Shown: positions 24,423 through 36,274 of the stretch, in pieces | How positions within the stretch are numbered: the first letter of the stretch is position 1 | Layout: every line of letters begins with the position of its first letter | Assembly (NCBI GenBank): GCA_000934665.2 | Contig: JYFJ02002856.1 | Coordinates: 1-49,817 of the forward strand | DNA length: 49,817 bases | Reading direction: 5' to 3' | Source of the DNA: Catajapyx aquilonaris | Taxonomy: Eukaryota | Made by a program: the position numbers and the translations under genes | Notes under the pieces: generated by a model | What the model was told of the DNA's origin: nothing | Seen by the model: the letters and a program-made list of their open reading frames with translations, nothing else | The model's database searches: none

Positions 24423-25600
24423 TAATGTTCGCAAGGCCGTATTTACACTTTTCTCGCGGGTAGGCAGTTGGTCATCTGCCGCATCCCCCACCCCCTCCCC
24501 CCACCATTCCCTCTGTAAAGTTAATAAGCAGAATGAGCATACATACAGGTAATTCGTAGCGGAGCGTCAAATTGTGTGAGATTGTGCTGCAATTTGAGGT
24601 TTTTCTTATGAGCAAACAACCTGAATAATATCGATATCTTGGAACGAATATAATAATACACAACATTGCTGTACATCTCACATATCAGTTTATGTGTGAA
24701 AATAATATCAATATGCTAAGGGAGGGGGGATATAATGGGGTGAGATTGTTACAAGAACGAAATAGACATAATTGTACAACTGGAAACTAATTATTGCAAA
24801 CAAGTGAACCAGACATATATACTAACGTATACTAACTGAAGGAACTGGAAATAGGCCTACATATAGAAAATGTCTAAACTGTGAAGAGGTCTAGTGTTAC
24901 GTAGGCACACAGGTAAAATTGAAATTTTAAAACTAACAAAACTTTGAAACCCAAGGTTCCCTGTCTACATGTTAACGCCACTCCCCCGATTTTTATTGCT
25001 GCATTGTCTTAACTTCCTCTTCACCTGATCTTTTCTGTAACACAGCTCCTATGGTAGCATTGGCTATACATTAAATTTTTCACTTTTTTCATTTTAAAAA
25101 TGTTGATTTCTGCCAAAGCTTCTGACCGATCATCTTCACGTAAATTCGTCCCACACTCTCAATCCTTCAAGTGCACTTATTTTTACTAATTTCGTCATAG
25201 TTCAAGCACAAATCCGAATTTAAAACGCCCAGTCGTATTTATACCTTCAATAACATCGTAATCGAAGTAGCCTATTTAACCCGTTCCTTGCGAACCCAGT
25301 ACTTACAGTAGGCTAATGTCCAGATATTGCCAGGAAGTCATTGCGAGTTACAAAAACGAAATAAAATGAAAGACTCAACTTTGCCTTTCTTTTGCTTACA
25401 AGACAGGCAACAGCTCCATTGAGTGCACTTTTTAATACGTATATTGTATAGAAAATACATTTACCAAACGCCACTTTTATTACTACTCACGAGAAAGAAT
25501 CATCCAATCACACCAACCAAAACTATACCAATGCAACACTCGGCGAAAATCAAAACATCAACAAATATTTATTTTACGAGCCTTATCACAACAAACGGCG

Positions 25601-26244
25601 AAAGGACCTGTTCAAGGTTATCCTGGCAAAGAAAGGCCACCCACATGGCTCAATGATTCGTGTCATTAGATTGGAGCAGATCACTGAAACTTGGCAACGC
25701 AGGGGAGTTGGATCAAAATGTTGCTGTCCAGCCACTCTAATATATGTCATTTAATGGAAGAATGCTTCTAAAGGGTGACCTTCATCAGTTTGGAGAAAGA
25801 ATTCGCCCTTGCTTTGCCAACGCACGCCATCCTGAGTCCGCCCCTCGCTCCTGTCTCTCTTTTAGGGGAGGGTGAGAGAGAGGAGAGGGAGAGAGGGAGA
25901 GATACGCAATTGGGCAAACGCGTGATATCTCGATGGGGCTTGCATTTCGCATATTGGTTCCCTGACCCGGCATTTGTCTCACACGAATATTCTTACAACA
26001 TTTTTACGGGGTAAAAACCACACGAGTTTTCCTGAGTCTAAATCAACTAATAAAACAGTTCACCACGTGACAACATGTTTTGAATCCTACCAAGGCCGCT
26101 AGGTAGCAACCCCTACCACATCAAAGATACAGTCAGTGGCGAACACAGCGGCCTTTAGCGTAAAACTAGGTGCATAGATTATACACTACAAGATGCGCAA
26201 GATGGTTGCCGTTTAGGTAGCGGGGCTACTTGAACAGGTCCTTT
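25601..26244 (+). mobile_element. ~645-bp non-autonomous DNA element, Kolobok-like, copy 1
   Basis: 16-bp TIR AAAGGACCTGTTCAAG; highly similar to the reverse complement of 36927-37575. Confidence 0.9.
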
Positions 26245-26536
26245 ACTCCTCACGTGCTTGTGATTGCCAACCTTGGCCATCCCTCAATGTAGTGAAACAT
26301 GCCTAAATTCGCTTAGTTTACGCCTGCTCCCAGTAGGGCACACTGTTGTCCAAAAATGCCCTGGCACAATCTCACCACGTTTGACGGTATTTATGGAAAT
26401 AAAACCCTTACACTTATGGAGTAATTCTTAAATTTCTTCGTTTTTACAGGATACTGTACATACAAACTATCGTACAGTACAACTTCCGTGGCGGGGAATA
26501 CGACCCCGCCACAATTTTTTCCCGCAGCACTGTATA

Positions 26537-26982
26537 CAGGGTGTAACTGAACTCAGTGCACAGACGTAGGCTATATGACTGCCTTCCTAGGCACCAGAGG
26601 ATCGATTTAGGTAGAGTAGTCATTATGTCTGGGCCCCCGCATTACCGAGATAATCGACCCACCTGATAGTTAGCGATTTGGCTAAAGAGTGATTTGTAAA
26701 TAGCAGCGAAAGTGCCAGTGCCCTTCAAAATTAGCAGCGACATTCAGAACAAATTGAAATTACAAACCACAACACAACGTTTTTGCCTAATCGCTCCTTC
26801 TGACTGGGGGAGGGTTCGATGGGTGGCCTAACCGACAGGACATTTTGTACTACATGTTTGGGGGCAATAATTATCTCGGTAATGCAGCGGCCCAGACGTA
26901 ATGACTCCTCTACCTAAATCGATCCTCTGGTGCCTAGGAAGGCAGTCATATACGTCTGTGTACTGAGTTCAGTTACACCCTG
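26537..26982. mobile_element. Tc1/mariner CAGGGTG-type MITE, family F copy 1
   Basis: ~115-bp TIRs starting CAGGGTGTAACTGAACTCAGT; TA TSD; interior homologous to 33220-33654. Confidence 0.92.
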
Positions 26983-29006
26983 TATACCAGAGAGAGATTA
27001 ATACCGCCCCTAAAATTTGCCGATCTAGGCAGTTGCCTACTTTGGCTATTGGGAAATACGGCCCTGAATGTACGTGTATATAGTCAACCAATTTTCAACT
27101 TGGGAATTGCCTGAAGTAAGTGTTTACCATATAATACGTCATTCAGAAATGTGGCACTACTCTAAAATTTACAAGCCCTCTTATGTTATCCATTACCGGA
27201 TAATTTTTTTAAACGATTATCTGGAAATATGTGATTATTTTTGTACGAAACTAATATAGGAACACGCCTAGACTCTGCTTGAATAATCCGTCCTCACGGA
27301 TCCGTTAACTTGGCCCCACCACTTTTGAATTTCAAAATTTCAATTATGCCAATCGTTTGTGCCTGGTTTGTGTTGATTGGCAATCGAATATGGGCGTTTG
27401 TCCTGGTTTAGTTTCAGAGTTATCGCGATTTCAATTTGGTGAGGCCAGGTCCTCACCAAAATGTAATACGAATCGTTCAATAATTTCAGCATGCAATGAG
27501 AATAGAATATTATGAAGCTGTTTCTCCTATCGTAAGTCTCCCTAACTGTGACATCGAAGAAAGTAGAAACTTGTAGGAGGTGCAAAGTGTTATATAGGTT
27601 ATCCAAAGTTATCCGGAGTAACTTAAAAATATAAGTTAGAGGATTATTATACAGTATTATTTTAGCCTGTCCATATGAATCTCTCATGACACATATCTCT
27701 TGTTTGAAAGCTTCAAATTTATGTTTGATGTCATTTTATTATTACTGGGACGCTTATGCAGGCAGTGGTCACCAACTACTCCATCTCCAGAAGGTTTCAG
27801 TGGGTTTCCACGCGGAAATAAATGGTAAATGAAACGTGGCCTTAATGAGCACCCAACAAGAGTAATGGAGTTAAGACTTGGAGTGGCAGGAAACCAAAAA
27901 TAATTGAATTCTAAAACGCAGCTAAAGAGAAAGGAGATGTGATGGATAAGCTTTTGTGCCAATTACACAGTTCAGAAACTCCCACGCACTGGACGGTGGC
28001 AAATGAATTGTGTTTTATGCTGTGCTGCATATGGCTGGGATCAAAGCGCGTGAGATTTGGCCAAGCATCCAACAGATATGAGCGCCGTAACACACGTGAT
28101 TATTTGAAAAGAGATTGAATTTAGAACACCCCCGGAGAATGCTTGCCTTGTTCACTCAATTTTCCGGGGTAATAAAACTGAGGCACTGCGCTGCAGAGCT
28201 CGACGTCTCCAACAGATAACCTTTTCATGTTACTAGCATGTTTCAATAACCCCATACAAATATGGCCACATATTCCAAGCTACAGAAGCTGAAATAACAA
28301 GCGGAACTGTTTATTAAAATTAATAATTTCATCGCAGATCAATATTATTTTTACCTGAAGTTATTGCTTACAGTATTGAACTGCTGATGCTACTGTCACG
28401 TATATTGTACTGTACAGGTAACGGCACTCTATTCACACGTAGGTGTAACTGACCTGCTGCATTTTCATGCTAGAGCAGATTATAATGAACGGTACATTCG
28501 ATTGGAGAGACACACACTTGTTAGGATATTTCACACCTATCGTTTGCAGAGCATATTTCCCCAGCAGTTACTAGGCTGTGGAAACCAACTGATACTTCTT
28601 TAGCAACGATGGTCAGTGATGATGATGTGGGTTCGATGAGAAAAAGAGCAGGTAGTGGCCAACCAATACTTTATTCCTAAAGTGCACAATAGGAAGGATG
28701 GAACTTCTCTTGGACGGTGGCCCCATCACTTCAAAGATGCCGCCACCTAACGGCCAGACGTCACAACTTTTACATAAAAATGATCCTTGGTGCCCGGAGT
28801 TCATCCTAGAAGTTTGTCTTAATCACATTGTGAACACCCTGCACAGTGTGCATAGAATTACCGCGTAAGAAAATTTCTGGGTGGGGTCTAAAATTTCACT
28901 ACTTCAATTTAACATTAAATCTGATTGTCTCACCAAGCGGAAGTAGTTCTATTTACTCTGTAAGACATGAATAGAAAAGGGAGGAGACAAGAGATGGGTG
29001 TATTGA

Positions 29007-29170
29007 ATGAAGAGAAGAAAAGTGGTACGAGTCAAAAAGCCAAATGTTGGGAACAAGATGAAGAGCTGGCCTGACTACATCCTCGCCCTGGGCCGTCACC
29101 GTACTGTGGCCAAAGTAATCTGGAGAAACAAACGAGCTGACGGCTGGCCCAAACGGATGAATCCCTGGCG
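29007..29170 (+). pseudogene. Possible degenerate RTE-type LINE ORF2 C-terminal fragment
   Basis: KMKSWPDYILALGRHRTVAKVIWRNKRADGWPKRMNPW loosely resembles the RTE C-terminal KxxWxGHxxRxxxxRxxxxxxxWxxxxKRxxGRPxxRW pattern; weak. Confidence 0.3.
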
Positions 29171-29983
29171 CAGTTTCCGGACGCCACCCCAAAACCCAGC
29201 CGACCTCATAAATAATGCAATCTAAGCACGTCTCCGCCACGCTACTCTGTCTACTCTACTTCACTCTACTTTAATCTTGTACTCCTACCCGACAGGTTTG
29301 CTGAGACCATACTGTCACTTGCTTGTTCCTACCTGGAAGATTGCAACAACAGGGGTACTTTTATATGCGGGAGGGTGGGGGGGGGGGATGTTCGAGTCAT
29401 GTTCTTCAACTGCTCTTTAAGAGCTGCGTACTTTGTGACAAAATCACAATGTCACCTACAATAAGCTTGCTTGTAGGCGGCATTATTTGGCATTAAAATG
29501 TTTTGGCCAGATGTATTCTACAAGTAGAAGTAATGCGAAGAAAATCCTTGACAAAAGGACGGCTGCTTGTATAACTCCAGGATACTTCTACATGAACCTT
29601 TTTGCAATATAGGACACGCAATAACCCACAATATTTATGCAGAAATGCAGCGAGAGTAGGCTATATTATGTGTCAACAGTTCAATAAAATTACATGTTGA
29701 CAACCGTTCTTCAGAAATTCATAATGGGGACGGTAGGCCTACTGCTGGCTTGGCGTGTCACTATTTTAATTACCAAGTATGTACATATATTTTGTATTAA
29801 TGGTACCGGTAATTAATATTTTCAGGATAATGACACAATCATTGGAATGTCACACATTTCATTCTGAATACTGAGCCCAATTTTTGGAATTTTGACCCAC
29901 AGCCTAACGTTAGCAGCTGGCACTGTTGATATACAGTAATATATTACTCAAAATTAATTGTTTAACCCTTTGACGCCTACGTA

Positions 29984-30125
29984 CTACGGTGCTCAAATTG
30001 TCTTGGCCACTTTATCCTAGTCTTGAAGCAACCCTTCACACAGACACACTTGCTCACCGTGGGGCCTGTGCGAAGGGTTGCTTCAAGACCAGGATAAAGT
30101 GGCCAAAACAATTTGAGCCCCATAG
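29984..30125. mobile_element. Tc1/mariner-type short MITE, family E copy 2
   Basis: TA-CTACGGTGCTCAAATTG...CAATTTGAGCCCCATAG-TA; inserted just inside a piggyBac-like TTAA-CCCTTTGACG end at ~29962. Confidence 0.85.
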
Positions 30126-30792
30126 TACATCATATGATGTCCTGAGCGTTTTTCAATTTGGCGCGCTTGGATGTGCAGAGAGAATTCGGACTTTGCGGTT
30201 CCAAATTCGGTTCAATATGCTCCTGACATCTCTTGGATGGTGACTCAACTACCATATAAACCCCAGATTCCCCCCTGCTTCCAACAGGTTGAGTCATATA
30301 TTCCAAGGTCACGTTTCTCCCGCGCGATCGCTTATGTAAACATGCGTCCTCAGTGCCGGGTGTCCCGTAAAGTCTGGACCTTGGGAGTTTATCATAGTAC
30401 AGTGTTGTGGTAATATTATGTAACCATTGTAACAATGTACTGTATATAGTGACTGAGTAAACTTATTAGGTGTAAGTTAGACGTTCTGAGAGCCAGACGA
30501 TTCTAAAGAAATTATTTCTGGGACACCCTTTAGACGAATTTTTCCGGCATTTTGCATTCAAAAGGACCACCACGAATTAAAATTATTAATTTAGGCTCGA
30601 AGTTGTTATTCATTAATATCACTCCTACATCGTATTGTGGGCCAAAAAAGAAAGAAACGGTCCAAAAACCTCCCAAAAACTTAGCCGTCAAAGTTACATG
30701 TGCAACTTCCTGCCAAAAGGTTGCTAACCAGGACAGACAATTCAATTGGAACACCCTGTATACGGGACACCAGGCTGCCAGTGTACTGTACT

Positions 30793-31170
30793 CATAGACA
30801 TAGAGGCAAAACAAGTAGTTAGAGTAAGATGAAAGGGAGTCAAATGTCGAGCCACCAACCTTTAACTACTTAGACAAACATTTGGGCATTTGGGCTAGCC
30901 TAAAACACGCGCGAAAACCACCATTACTGCCATAAAAGCCTGCGGGATACATTCTACAATTTCGAAAGGTTACATCGTGTTCAATACTGCGTCATGCACA
31001 TATTCTGCTCTCCCGGCAACTACTGTACACACCCAGGTCACTCTCTGTCAATTTATCTACAAAAATGTTGTTATGAATAGCCGCGTCTGCCTTAGGCCCG
31101 CCTAAATATTTGTCGTCGTCTAAGTGGTTACCGGTTGGTGCCTCGACCTCCCTGCATTTTACACTTTACA
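30793..31170. mobile_element. Degenerate fold-back, P-element-like CATAGA left end
   Basis: GTCGAGCCACCAACCTTTAACTACTTAGAC (~30846) is inverted at GTCTAAGTGGTTACCGGTTGGTGCCTCGAC (~31118); right terminus eroded. Confidence 0.55.
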
Positions 31171-31778
31171 TGGCTCCAGCTAGGAGTCCACTGGAAGCCT
31201 GATGTACTGCGAGTGTTAAGTACCCTGTACTACACTGTATAACGTTATGTATTTTATAGACTTTATACTGCACAACCATTGTTCTCTATAGCTCTCTCCA
31301 GCATAATATCAAATGAGAGCACTTTCAATGATTTTTCCTGTTAGTTACTACGTCTGTCCTTCTATCAAACTGTATGAACTGACTATGGAATGAACAGTTT
31401 GTTATGCAGATCACGATAACATCTACTCTATTTTGCAAAATCTCGGGAGTTCATGAGACTGATTCCCAAATTTTAGGCTACTTTATGACGACGCATTAAA
31501 AAGTCTTCTACGGGTTAAACTACTGCCCTTATACCTTATAGATCATCGTGTATGCATGTATCCGTATAGTGCACAATGCATGTCAAAATGTCAAGTGGGG
31601 AATGTGACACGTGAATGTCACATCTGAAAGAGCACGATTTGTCTTCCTTAAATTAAGCCGGGATTTTATGAGCCTTGTGGAAATACTGTACTCATTCTGC
31701 ATATTTTTAGCCTCATTTTTGCCAGTACAGGGTGGTATGATTCCGGTGGAGTTCCAGGGATGAACTAACTCAGATGAA

Positions 31779-32123
31779 TTTTTTTCTCTGTCTTTCTTTC
31801 TATTACTCCGTGATTAGGGTTTATAGGGGAGTGGATTACCACCATGTAGAATAATTTTTCTACTTTTCTTCGATCACCGTGCAAGGACTTCGGGATATGG
31901 GGTAGGGATAGGGATTGTTGGGGAGGGGGCACTTGTGGAGGTGCAATGCCTTAACCTTTGGGCCATGTGCTGTTCCCCAGGAGGTTAGGTTGCCAGACAC
32001 CACCAAGGTGCAGGTCAGAGAACCTCCCGACGCAGGTGGAAGGGAACTCCCAGGCGGGGATCGAACCTGGGACCTTCCACTCAGCAAGCCGAGAGGTTAC
32101 CATCTCGGCCACCACACCTCCCC
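31779..32123 (-). mobile_element. tRNA-derived SINE, family B
   Basis: Minus strand: GGGGAGGTGTGGTGGCCGAGATGGTAA (A box)...GGTTCGATCCCC (B box); 3' end ATGGTGGTAATCCACTCCCCTATAAACCCTAATCACGGAGTAA plus purine-rich tail. Confidence 0.85.
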
Positions 32124-32128
32124 CAGAT

Positions 32129-32130
<2 letters not shown>

Positions 32131-32215
<85 letters not shown>

Positions 32216-32513
32216 TTGATACCCCATTATCAGCCTACCGGGCTTTTCTAGGGGGGGGGGGGTTTCTCCCAATTTTTTTGTCTGGAACTCTTCCATTTTT
32301 ACTACTTTTTCTCATCGGAATGAAGCATGGATAGGGAAGGAAGGAAGCGGCTGTGGCCTATGATTACGGTAACGACCCCGGAATTATCCTGCAAGGACCA
32401 TGGGAAGCCACAGAAAACCATGGTCAGGGTCGCCGGCCTCCGGGATTCGAACCCAGGACCTCCCGATTAACAGTCGGACACCCTATCCACTCCATCACCA
32501 CTACTGCTTCGGT
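32131..32513 (-). mobile_element. tRNA-derived SINE, family A copy 3 with compound (ATT)n(GTT)n tail
   Basis: Homologous to 6662-6957; the (AAC)n(AAT)n microsatellite at 32129-32215 is its 3' tail. Confidence 0.88.
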
Positions 32514-32687
32514 TCCAGATGAAAATATAACGTTATTAGAGGTGTCACTTGTAACAGAGATAATTCGGTTTCCAACAAAAACACAAGGTATCAAATTCGG
32601 ACGATGCGATGGTTTTGAGAACTGCTGGGTTTCCATAGCAACTGTTTATTTAAACAAGATTGGCAAATCACGTGAGCGTGATTAGAA

Positions 32688-32936
32688 TAGATTTTTTTCT
32701 CATTCTTTCAAGTACACTTGTCCCGAAAAACCGGAAGTTGCGGGTCACCGGAAGTTGACCATGACACCTATTCAGGTCACGCTTAATCCGAATATGAAAA
32801 CCATTTGTCTCTATCTCTTGAGGTTGAGGCTCTGATACCTGTCCACAGACGGACGGACGGACAGACGGACGGACGGACAGACGGACGGACGGACGGTTCT
32901 ATAAGACTTATTTCCACGATGAGAAAAAGTCTAAAA
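32688..32936 (+). mobile_element. Helentron-associated non-autonomous element (HINE/DINE-1-like)
   Basis: Subterminal inverted repeats TAGATTTTTTTCTCAT / ATGAGAAAAAGTCTA, internal (ACGG/ACAG)n microsatellite at 32845-32896, 3' stem AGACTT...AAGTCT. Confidence 0.7.
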
Positions 32937-33219
32937 CTGGTAAAAATTCGCGATGGCAGAATGTGATGGATATGAATGGCTATCAAGAATAAATAGACGT
33001 TCATGTAAACCGTAGTCTGTTTTTCAGTAGTACTCTAGGACTACAGTGCAATGTATTCAATGTTAGAATTTATTGTACTGACATAAAAATGGGCAATAAC
33101 AACTTTCAACAAGTCAGAACTCTAACTACGAATATAATGCTTTTGACGGCAGTTCTATTCTAAGATTTAGTACACAATCAGTTACCAGTGCCTTAAACTC
33201 GGGGTTATCCAAGGATATA

Positions 33220-33654
33220 CAGGGTGTTCATGAACAACACCGACAAACCTATACCATCCCCTACCTAGGCACCAGAGGGTCACATTATGTAGAGGAGTGA
33301 TTATGCCTGGGCCGCCTCATTACTGAGATAATTGACACACCTGCTCTTTAGCGATTTAGCTTAAGCGTGATTTTGAAAAAGCTGCGAAAAGTGCAATTGC
33401 GCTTTGCAATTAACAGTTATTTTAAATAACAACAACACAAACAGTTCAATGCGATTTTTGCCTAAACACTCCTTCTGACTGGGGGAGGGTTCGTTGGGTG
33501 GCCTAACTTCCAGGATATTTTATACTACCTGCTTAAAGGCAATTTGCGTGGTAATGAGGCGGCCCAGGCATAATCACTCCTCTACATAATGTGACCCTCT
33601 GGTGCCTAGGTAGGGGGTGGTATAGGTTTGTCGGTGTTGTTCATGAACACCCTG
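33220..33654. mobile_element. Tc1/mariner CAGGGTG-type MITE, family F copy 2
   Basis: ~100-bp near-perfect TIRs starting CAGGGTGTTCATGAACAACACCGAC; TA TSD. Confidence 0.92.
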
Positions 33655-34359
33655 TACAATGTTGCTCCAATTGACATATTCTAACCGCTCATTTTAGCAG
33701 TAACTCTGGAGTGGTTATTTTAAGTGGTCATCAGAAGTATTTGCTGCTAATAAAAGGCCGAGCTGAATCATCCATTCAATCTCTGAACTGCAAAGTATAT
33801 CCGATTAGGAATGGCTCATAGAAACTATTGGTGTAGACCATCAATGAGAGAAGCAATTTTTTGCAGGCTGCAAAAAGTATGTGTCCAGGCTACATATAAT
33901 TGACAACGAATAATTTTAATAACCACTAAAAGTCACAATTCAAAAGTAACTGCCGCCTAAAAATAACCAGTCTTGTGTCAAATAATAGCTAACATAATAA
34001 TTGGACATTTCACTTGGAACACCCTGCATATGAACTGCAACTGCACTGGTTTTAAGTCAGAGTGACTATTGCGGGTACATTATATCAACCATAATTATTA
34101 TTATGTTTCCAATAATGTCAGTTCAAACAATCGATATCAGTGCTACAAAAGCAATGAAATCTAGAAAGGAGCTGTACTCTCTTCTCCCTTTGCTCTACAG
34201 TCTACACTCTACATTAACAATAATATTATTGTGTATAATAAACATCCTACCCATATTTTGCCCTAAGTTATTTTTGTGTAGCTCTTTGCGCACCAATCAA
34301 GATGCACAATTCTTCGCAGACTGATGGAATATAGCAGCATCTATACAATATAATAAATT

Positions 34360-34709
34360 GAGGGAAGCGAAGTGGCGCTGCGGTAACGTATGCGCCCACG
34401 GATGCTAAGGTCCCGGGTTCGAGCCCAACCCGGGGACACCCCCTTCATCTCGTGCAGAGTTCAGGGTCACCTCTGGCTTCGTCTCGGGTGGTATTTCCTA
34501 TAGACTAAACCACCCGGGGGAGTTCACTAAAAATGGTCACATAATGACATTGCACTGCACCTTGCACATCCCCTCCTGTCATCCTGCCCGTGGGCCCGGG
34601 CGTTACGTAAAAAGGCTCCAATGTACACGACATAATAAATAAAGGTCCTTGCCTTGGTCCTTGCTATATACTTCTGATGAGGTCAGCACTACCCCGGATT
34701 ATTATTATA
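34360..34709 (+). mobile_element. tRNA-derived SINE, family C copy 2
   Basis: A-box TGGCGCTGCGG, B-box GGTTCGAGCC, short (ATT)n tail; colinear with 16614-16950. Confidence 0.85.
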
Positions 34710-35495
34710 CAGGGTGCCCGTGAACATGCCTTTCCGAATAAAATGACAACCTCTCTTTTTTCCAAAGTCTTTAAGATAATAAAATATATTTTAAACACTG
34801 CAGTTTATGAATCAGAGCAGTAAACTATTATGCACAACACCTCTTTATGAATATAAGTATTATCGCTCATATGAACATTACCTACTGTACCCGACGAGTT
34901 ACACAGTTGTGAACAGGTTTCGTAAAAACTGCAACATGGTAACTATTTTGTCCCACCGGAGAAGCTGTTCCCGATGCACAAGAGATGATTGCATTAATAA
35001 TGCGATCACTGGCATCATGGATGAAGTTATACTCCGTTTAGGAATTATTGTTGCTATTTTCGCTTTTGGGACCGTATTCCCAAATGGGCGCCAAAAAGGT
35101 GCGCCACCAAAGTCGGTTGCAGGTTGATTCGGTTTCCACTATACCCGGAGGATTTCTTGGCACTCTTTTGTGAATACTGCCTATGCCCTGCTTACGTTAT
35201 GTAGGCTAAATAATATTATTATGGTTGTGGGTGGAAAAACTACTAGAGGGGGAAGAAAACATTCACCTGAAATAGTGCCATTGTCGTGACGGCTACGATT
35301 TCACTTCGGGAGACGCCGTACTTTTATCTACTTTCCTAGGATTGTATCTGCTGAAACATTGGCGTGTATCCGCTGAAGGATAATTATGTGTGTATCCGCC
35401 GGGAAGGAAAGTTAGTTCATGGGGTTGGTTGTACAGAGTACCCATACCCCTGTCAAATTCGGTCAGCCGTCGTGACTTGAGGTTGGACAGTCATA

Positions 35496-35610
35496 CAGGG
35501 TGTCATTGAATCGACCAGTCAGACTTGTACCCGTTGCTTAATTGTCACCAGAGGATCATGTTATGTAGAGGAGTCATTATGTCTGGGAAGCCTCATTACT
35601 GAGATAATTG
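35496..35610 (+). mobile_element. Solo left arm of a family F-related CAGGGTG MITE
   Basis: TA-CAGGGTGTCATTGAA...CACCAGAGGATCATGTTATGTAGAGGAGTCATTATGTCTGGG..CCTCATTACTGAGATAATTG matches the family F inner TIR; abuts the MULE relic. Confidence 0.8.
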
Positions 35611-35612
35611 CC

Positions 35613-36196
35613 TTCAAACGACAGGTACAAAGTATCCTGGGAGGTATGGAAACCTTCAGCCCCGAAATCGCATCACCGGTAAAATAATAGCAGCTTTTCC
35701 ATTTGGCTATTACCATGCCGAATGAGTCGTAAGAGTCCGATCTCTGTTGGATTACGTTGTGGAGACATACTTCGATGACATCCAGCCCAGATTTAGTCGC
35801 AATATTTGGAATCACTGGGATCATCTTCTACTAGCACAATCACTTGGAAGGTAATTACTGTACTAATACCATCGACTTTTGTCACAGTCCTACATTTTAC
35901 AGGCTGGCATAACAGATTCAATCGTCTGACCAAGAAACTGCATCCCAACGTTTACGAAGTCATTGCGTGTCTGAAGTAAGAGCAGAAGAAGGTGGAGGAT
36001 GACGTGGTATTGTTACGAAACGGAAGGCTCAACCCAAAAACTCGGCCAGAGTGCGTCCGTACCAATGCCAGGATCGACAATTTCCGCCAGCGGGTTTTAT
36101 TTAGCTCCTGATCCCATACAGTGGATTGAATATTTAGATGGTGTAAGCCACATATACGGGCATAATTATGTTTTAGACATCATCGACGAGAAATAA
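35613..36196 (+). pseudogene. Mutator/MULE transposase C-terminal pseudogene with a 52-bp GT-AG intron (35851-35902)
   Basis: Exon A (frameshifted): FKRQVQSILG...KIIAAFPF...LLDYVVETYFDDIQPRFSRNIWNHWDH..TxNHLE-G; exon B: G-WHNRFNRLTKKLHPNVYEVIACLK*EQKKVEDDVVLLRNG...NARIDNFRQR / ...WIEYLDGVSH...stop at 36196. Matches the MULE DYxxxTY...WN...RTNNxLEGWHxxxNxxxxxxHPNxxxxIxxLKxEQ...YLxxxSH pattern; premature TAA at 35977. Confidence 0.85.
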
Positions 36197-36274
36197 ATGA
36201 CAACATTTACATCGCGAATGCAGTGTGTTACACTTTTTTTCCTTTGTATTGACTTGCGTCTTCGTGTACCAGTC

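Noticed and set aside
25676..25780. 5S rRNA-derived segment (GATCACTGAA...GCAAC...GGGTGACC)
   Set aside because: Only short patches match and the spacing is wrong; it lies inside a DNA-element body
30510..30758. Complete MITEs at solo ends (30758, 34026, 34710, 17535, 27066, 29966)
   Set aside because: Single TIR-like ends without an identifiable partner or TSD; probably real fragments but boundaries cannot be supported
31951..32296. Poly-Asn/Ile/Val/Leu ORFs (also poly-Asn at 1972)
   Set aside because: Translations of AAC/AAT microsatellites
34670..34700. Hammerhead ribozyme at CTGATGA in the SINE C tail (also CTGATGA/CTGAAGA near 13855, 15285, 36474)
   Set aside because: No stem II followed by GAAA in the right position
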